The translations under genes were made by a program, and so were the position numbers. Of a stretch of 58,980 bases of DNA, positions 55,390 to 58,980 are shown piece after piece. The notes beneath the pieces were generated by a model. It searched no databases and was not told the origin of the DNA. It worked only from the letters and a program-made list of their open reading frames with translations. Origin of the DNA: a bacterium (GTDB lineage Bacteria; Patescibacteriota; Minisyncoccia; Moranbacterales; UBA2206); contig JAURXY010000027.1 of the NCBI GenBank assembly GCA_030654225.1, positions 1-58,980 of the forward strand, in the 5' to 3' direction. Position 1 is the first letter of the stretch. Each line of letters starts with the position of its first letter.

Positions 55390-55746
55390 TTAGAATCCTT
55401 TCTCTGCTCCCAGCATTCCTTTGGCAAAATTCAAAGCCACGAGACCTGCAAGGGCTACGATCACACCAAGAATAGAATACATCATAGCACTTTTAGCTTG
55501 ACCGATACGAGTTTCGTCTCCCGCGGAAGTCAAGTATAGTATTCCGGCAATCGCAAACCCTATTACTCCCACGATTCCTACAACCGCCAAAAGCCAATAC
55601 ATTATATTAGAAATAATATCCATTAGAGAACTAACTGGAAGTCCTGTTCCTGCTGGAGTAGCTAACTGAGCACTCGCCAAAGCAGGAGTCAAAATCAAAG
55701 ACATTGAAATCATTGAATACGCAGTTTTTTTAATTTTATTTTTCAT
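55390..55746 (-). CDS. VirB2/TrbC-like pilin (candidate major subunit)
   Basis: ASA signal peptide; AGILYLTSAGDE.RI..AK.AM.YSILG; SD-like AGGTGG and own terminator at 55342-55370. Confidence 0.8.
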   Translation of the reverse strand: MKNKIKKTAYSMISMSLILTPALASAQLATPAGTGLPVSSLMDIISNIMYWLLAVVGIVGVIGFAIAGILYLTSAGDETRIGQAKSAMMYSILGVIVALAGLVALNFAKGMLGAEKGF

Positions 55747-55808
55747 ATTTCCACCTACCTTTCTATTTTTATTTCTCTTTTATTTTCTCTCTTTCCAATT
55801 TTCAAATT

Positions 55809-56609
55809 TTATTTCGCCATCACTCCAATCAGTCCGGCGATTTGTCTTGTCACAACCAGTGCGCTGAGGGCGACCACAATTCCGATTATCGCATAGGTGA
55901 TTATCTTTTTGCCAGAATCAATTTTCTTTTCATCACCATAAGCGGTGAGATACATTCCTCCACCAATGACTAGGGCAATTATAGCAAGAATTCCAAAAAT
56001 TGACAACAAGAAATTCAAAACATTGATGGCGATTTCTTTGATCGTGAGAGCTTTGTTCACCCAATTATCAGCCGTTCCTCCAGTGTTAGAATTAGAATTG
56101 AGAATCTCTTTGATTTGTTTCAAGAATGTCGGCGAAGCCAAAGCAATCGCGAGACCCACCGTTGCGCCCGTCCAAGTTTTTTTCGCCCGCGTCACCATCG
56201 CTTCATTGCCCGCCGAAGTCATATACATAATTCCCCCAATGATAATGAAAATCACCGCCACAATCACAATCAGTCCCATAAGATTATTCAGTAGTGAATC
56301 CAACACTTCCGAAACGCTAGTGGGCTTAATTGGATTTTTAAATTCTATTGGGGTATTAGCATCATGAATTATTTCAGCTTTACCAGCACAAACACCTAAG
56401 GCTTTCAATTCAGCACAAGTTTGACCATTTATTAGTTCTCCATTTTTACATGTTCCATCTTCCTGCGGTTCCATACAAGATACAAAATCACCCTCTGCCG
56501 TTTTACTCATACCACAGCATGCCTTTGCTGCTTGCGTTAAATTATAACTTCCCAAAAACCCCACCGCCAAAATCACACCCAGCAAAATAATTTTTATTTT
56601 TTTCATCAT
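55809..56609 (-). CDS. double pilin-domain protein with Cys-rich N-terminus
   Basis: Two G.MY.T..G.E.....KK units; NP motif before the first. Confidence 0.8.
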   Translation of the reverse strand: MMKKIKIILLGVILAVGFLGSYNLTQAAKACCGMSKTAEGDFVSCMEPQEDGTCKNGELINGQTCAELKALGVCAGKAEIIHDANTPIEFKNPIKPTSVSEVLDSLLNNLMGLIVIVAVIFIIIGGIMYMTSAGNEAMVTRAKKTWTGATVGLAIALASPTFLKQIKEILNSNSNTGGTADNWVNKALTIKEIAINVLNFLLSIFGILAIIALVIGGGMYLTAYGDEKKIDSGKKIITYAIIGIVVALSALVVTRQIAGLIGVMAK

Positions 56610-56616
56610 GTTTTTC

Positions 56617-56697
56617 TTGTCATCCTCGCGTATGCGGGGATCTAGTGTAAAAACCTAAATCTTTGCGACTGGATTCCTGCTTCCGCAGGAATGACAA
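56617..56697. repeat. composite palindromic repeat TTGTCAT...ATGACAA (dRS3/RPE-like)
   Basis: Two internal hairpins (ATCCTCGCGTATGCGGGGAT and ATTCCTGCTTCCGCAGGAAT) within terminal inverted repeats. Confidence 0.75.
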
Positions 56698-56769
56698 AGT
56701 TTTTTATTTTAAAATTTAAACAATTTTTATATTATTCGCACATTCGTATTAATTCGTAATTCGTAAGGA

Positions 56770-58176
56770 TTACAAATTACTCACCCTCTGCACCGCTGTC
56801 TTGATCGCATCGGAAACCGTCGCTTGACCTTTGTTGACACTGTCAATCATTTCGGCAAAAATCGATTCCACTGCTGTTGCATCTTTTTGTCGCCAACTTT
56901 TTGCCACCAAATTTCCCAGTGCGAAAACTCCAATCTTGGCATCAGTTTTTTGCAGTTCGATGAGATCGCGCCGTGCCGCCGGTTGACCGGTTTTCAGAAG
57001 AAAACTCACGGCTGGATCAAAGTTTGGATTGGTTGTTTTTCCGACTCCCGAAGTTGAAACACTGCTTCCAAAAGATCCATCTGGCTTAGCTCCAAAATAT
57101 GTCAAAAATTGCCAAGCTTCTTTTATCCTTGTGTCGTTGCTCACTGTCGGAGTATTCGGAGCAGTTTTAGAAATAGCATTTTTTCCAACCACAAACCCCC
57201 AATAATTTGCCACATTCATCGCCGGTTTATTTTCAAATTGTGGCACGCTCGCGATTCCAAAATTCAATTTTGGTGCCTTAGCTGAAACCGTGTCAATGTT
57301 CCACGAATAATTCAACATCATCGCCGTTGTGCCTTCAGAAAAAGCATCAATGGAATAATGCATATTTGTATTCCAAGTATAATTAAACGATCGCGAATCG
57401 GAAAATCTTGTATAAAAATTCAAAGCTTCTTCTCCAGGATAAACAGCGCCTCCACTCAAGCTAGCACCAGAGATAGAATCATCAAAAGAAGCCAATCCTC
57501 TTTCATCAGTCATTTTTGTTCCGTTTTGCATCATAATTAGACTCAAGATATCCGTCGCACGATTAATGTTATTTGCCGTTCCAAGAGCAGCTCCTGATTG
57601 AATTATGTTTCCCGAAGCATCCACTTGAGTAAGTTTCATCGCAGTATCGATAAATTCATTCCAAGTTTTTGGAGGAGTAGTGATGCCAGCCTGATTGAAA
57701 AGATCTTTGTTATAATAGAGTGCTAAACTATCCACCGACATTGGCACGCCATAAATTTTTCCTTCATTCACAAAATCACTCACAACCACATCCACAAAAT
57801 TATTCCTAAATTTTTGTTCTGTTATCATTTTCAAATCTGTTGGGGTGGGGGCTAGAGCAACTTTGTCAGAAAATGCCGGTACCCATGAATTATTGATCAT
57901 AAAAATATCCGGCCCTTGCCCTGTTGCCAATGCATCAAGCAATTCCTTGCGATATGAATCTACTGGAATTTTTTTATAGTTTATTTGAGCGATATTGATA
58001 TTCAACTTAGTATAATTGTCAAAAATTTCACGCATTGCCAAATCTTGGTCTAGTGGTCCCCAAACTTCTAGACTCAAATCATACAAATGAGAATTTTTCT
58101 CTTTGCAACCACAACCGGAAACAATCAAAATTGTTCCTAGGATAAAAGTTGCGATAAATATTTTTTTTATTTTCAT
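56770..58176 (-). CDS. extracellular solute-binding protein (family 1, sugar-type), lipoprotein
   Basis: Lipobox VSGC; ALATGQGPDIF, IYGVP.SVD.LALYYNKDLF..AGI..PPKTW.EF. Confidence 0.92.
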   Translation of the reverse strand: MKIKKIFIATFILGTILIVSGCGCKEKNSHLYDLSLEVWGPLDQDLAMREIFDNYTKLNINIAQINYKKIPVDSYRKELLDALATGQGPDIFMINNSWVPAFSDKVALAPTPTDLKMITEQKFRNNFVDVVVSDFVNEGKIYGVPMSVDSLALYYNKDLFNQAGITTPPKTWNEFIDTAMKLTQVDASGNIIQSGAALGTANNINRATDILSLIMMQNGTKMTDERGLASFDDSISGASLSGGAVYPGEEALNFYTRFSDSRSFNYTWNTNMHYSIDAFSEGTTAMMLNYSWNIDTVSAKAPKLNFGIASVPQFENKPAMNVANYWGFVVGKNAISKTAPNTPTVSNDTRIKEAWQFLTYFGAKPDGSFGSSVSTSGVGKTTNPNFDPAVSFLLKTGQPAARRDLIELQKTDAKIGVFALGNLVAKSWRQKDATAVESIFAEMIDSVNKGQATVSDAIKTAVQRVSNL

Positions 58177-58188
58177 AATTTTATATTC

Positions 58189-58746
58189 TTATTTTACCAA
58201 CACTAATCCGAAATGAAAATTACTCACGCTTATTTTTTTGAAAATCGATAAATCACTTTTTTCAATTATAACTGCCAGCTCATCCTGTGAAACTCGACTT
58301 TCCATCTCTGGTCCGAGCGATCGATCTCTGCTTTCCCAATCAATAAGCAAAATTTTTCCTCCAACCTTGAGCACTCTTTGTGCCTCCTCCAAAACTTCTT
58401 GCTTTTTCTTGTTTTGATAGAGCATATTGATAATAAGCACCCAATCCACATCTTCATTTTTGATCTTTGATCCTTTTTTTTCTTCTAAATTAGCCCGATA
58501 AGCATCAATATTATTCAGCCCCAGCATCTTAGCTTGGCTTTGCATTGTTTCAATTTTTGACGATTGAATATCAATTGCATACACCAGCCCATTTTCACCA
58601 ACTTTTTTTGCCACTGAAAAAGTAAAAAATCCCGTGCCACAACCAAAATGCGCCACTCGCATTCCGGGCAAAATTTCCAAACCTAAAATTATCTCCTCCG
58701 GATTTAGAAACTTAACTGCAAGATTTATTCTATTATCAAATTCCAT
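58189..58746 (-). CDS. class I SAM-dependent methyltransferase
   Basis: FGCGTGFF, VYAIDI, RVLK.GG..L.IDW. Confidence 0.9.
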   Translation of the reverse strand: MEFDNRINLAVKFLNPEEIILGLEILPGMRVAHFGCGTGFFTFSVAKKVGENGLVYAIDIQSSKIETMQSQAKMLGLNNIDAYRANLEEKKGSKIKNEDVDWVLIINMLYQNKKKQEVLEEAQRVLKVGGKILLIDWESRDRSLGPEMESRVSQDELAVIIEKSDLSIFKKISVSNFHFGLVLVK

Positions 58747-58906
58747 ATTTTTATTTTTATTTTTATATTACTACTTATTATATTACAATAAATTTAGAAA
58801 TCTAACAACACCAGAATTATCCCCAAGTAAAAAATTTGATAATAAGTATATTCCAATCCTAAGATAAGCCTGAACGAGGGTCATTTTCAAAAATGGACTC
58901 ATTGAG

Positions 58907-58980
58907 TTAATTTGTTAATTTATGACTAATTTTTTTAAATAATTTATCCTTGGCATCCATCATCTTTTTACCAAAACTGT
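58907..58980 (-). CDS. 3' end of a CDS running off the window
   Basis: Open frame ...SFGKKMMDAKDKLFKKISHKLTN*. Confidence 0.4.
   Translation of the reverse strand, partial: SFGKKMMDAKDKLFKKISHKLTN

Noticed and set aside
53229..56609. Diversity-generating retroelement or conjugative T4SS
   Set aside because: No reverse transcriptase, no adenine-specific TR/VR pair, and no VirB4/VirD4 or relaxase in the window.
58785..58902. 39-aa minus-strand ORF (MSPFLKMT...)
   Set aside because: Short, no SD and no motif; cannot be supported without homology evidence.
1..58980. Alternative genetic code (TGA=Gly, as in Gracilibacteria)
   Set aside because: Long core genes are uninterrupted under code 11, and several genes end properly at TGA.

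Overview
Low-GC bacterial chromosome segment using genetic code 11. Gene content is most consistent with a Patescibacteria/CPR (Parcubacteria, Moranbacteria-like) genome: rpoB-rpoC without upstream rplJL, a short TsaB, several TrmB-type regulators, a VirB2/TrbC-like pilin array and an H+-PPase. Core genes: rpsF-ssb-rpsR-efp, rpmB, recA, rodZ-like, ftsK, rpoBC, tRNA-Gly, tRNA-Pro, hup, rny, gpmI, clpP, tig, hppA, nusA. Most notable accessory features: (1) an array of TrmB regulators, each divergent from a different cargo operon. One cargo is an unannotated 51-aa peptide (MALGIEGSAG...) followed by a radical SAM enzyme that starts with the same motif (MAVGFEGSAG...). (2) A stand-alone GIY-YIG nuclease between two tRNAs, surrounded by four ~105-bp structure-conserved hairpin repeats with CCTGCC/GGCAGG termini. 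A 36-bp element with the same termini is inserted in frame in FtsK and HppA (PARNASHxxAGG). (3) A second 21-bp-period repeat family that is intergenic and also in frame in FtsK and NusA. (4) A G11 tract in a sigma70 promoter spacer, a candidate phase-variation switch. (5) A Panacea/RelE-like toxin-antitoxin pair, an ECF sigma module with a readable promoter motif, and five pilin-like genes. All calls come from reading the sequence; no database searches were run.
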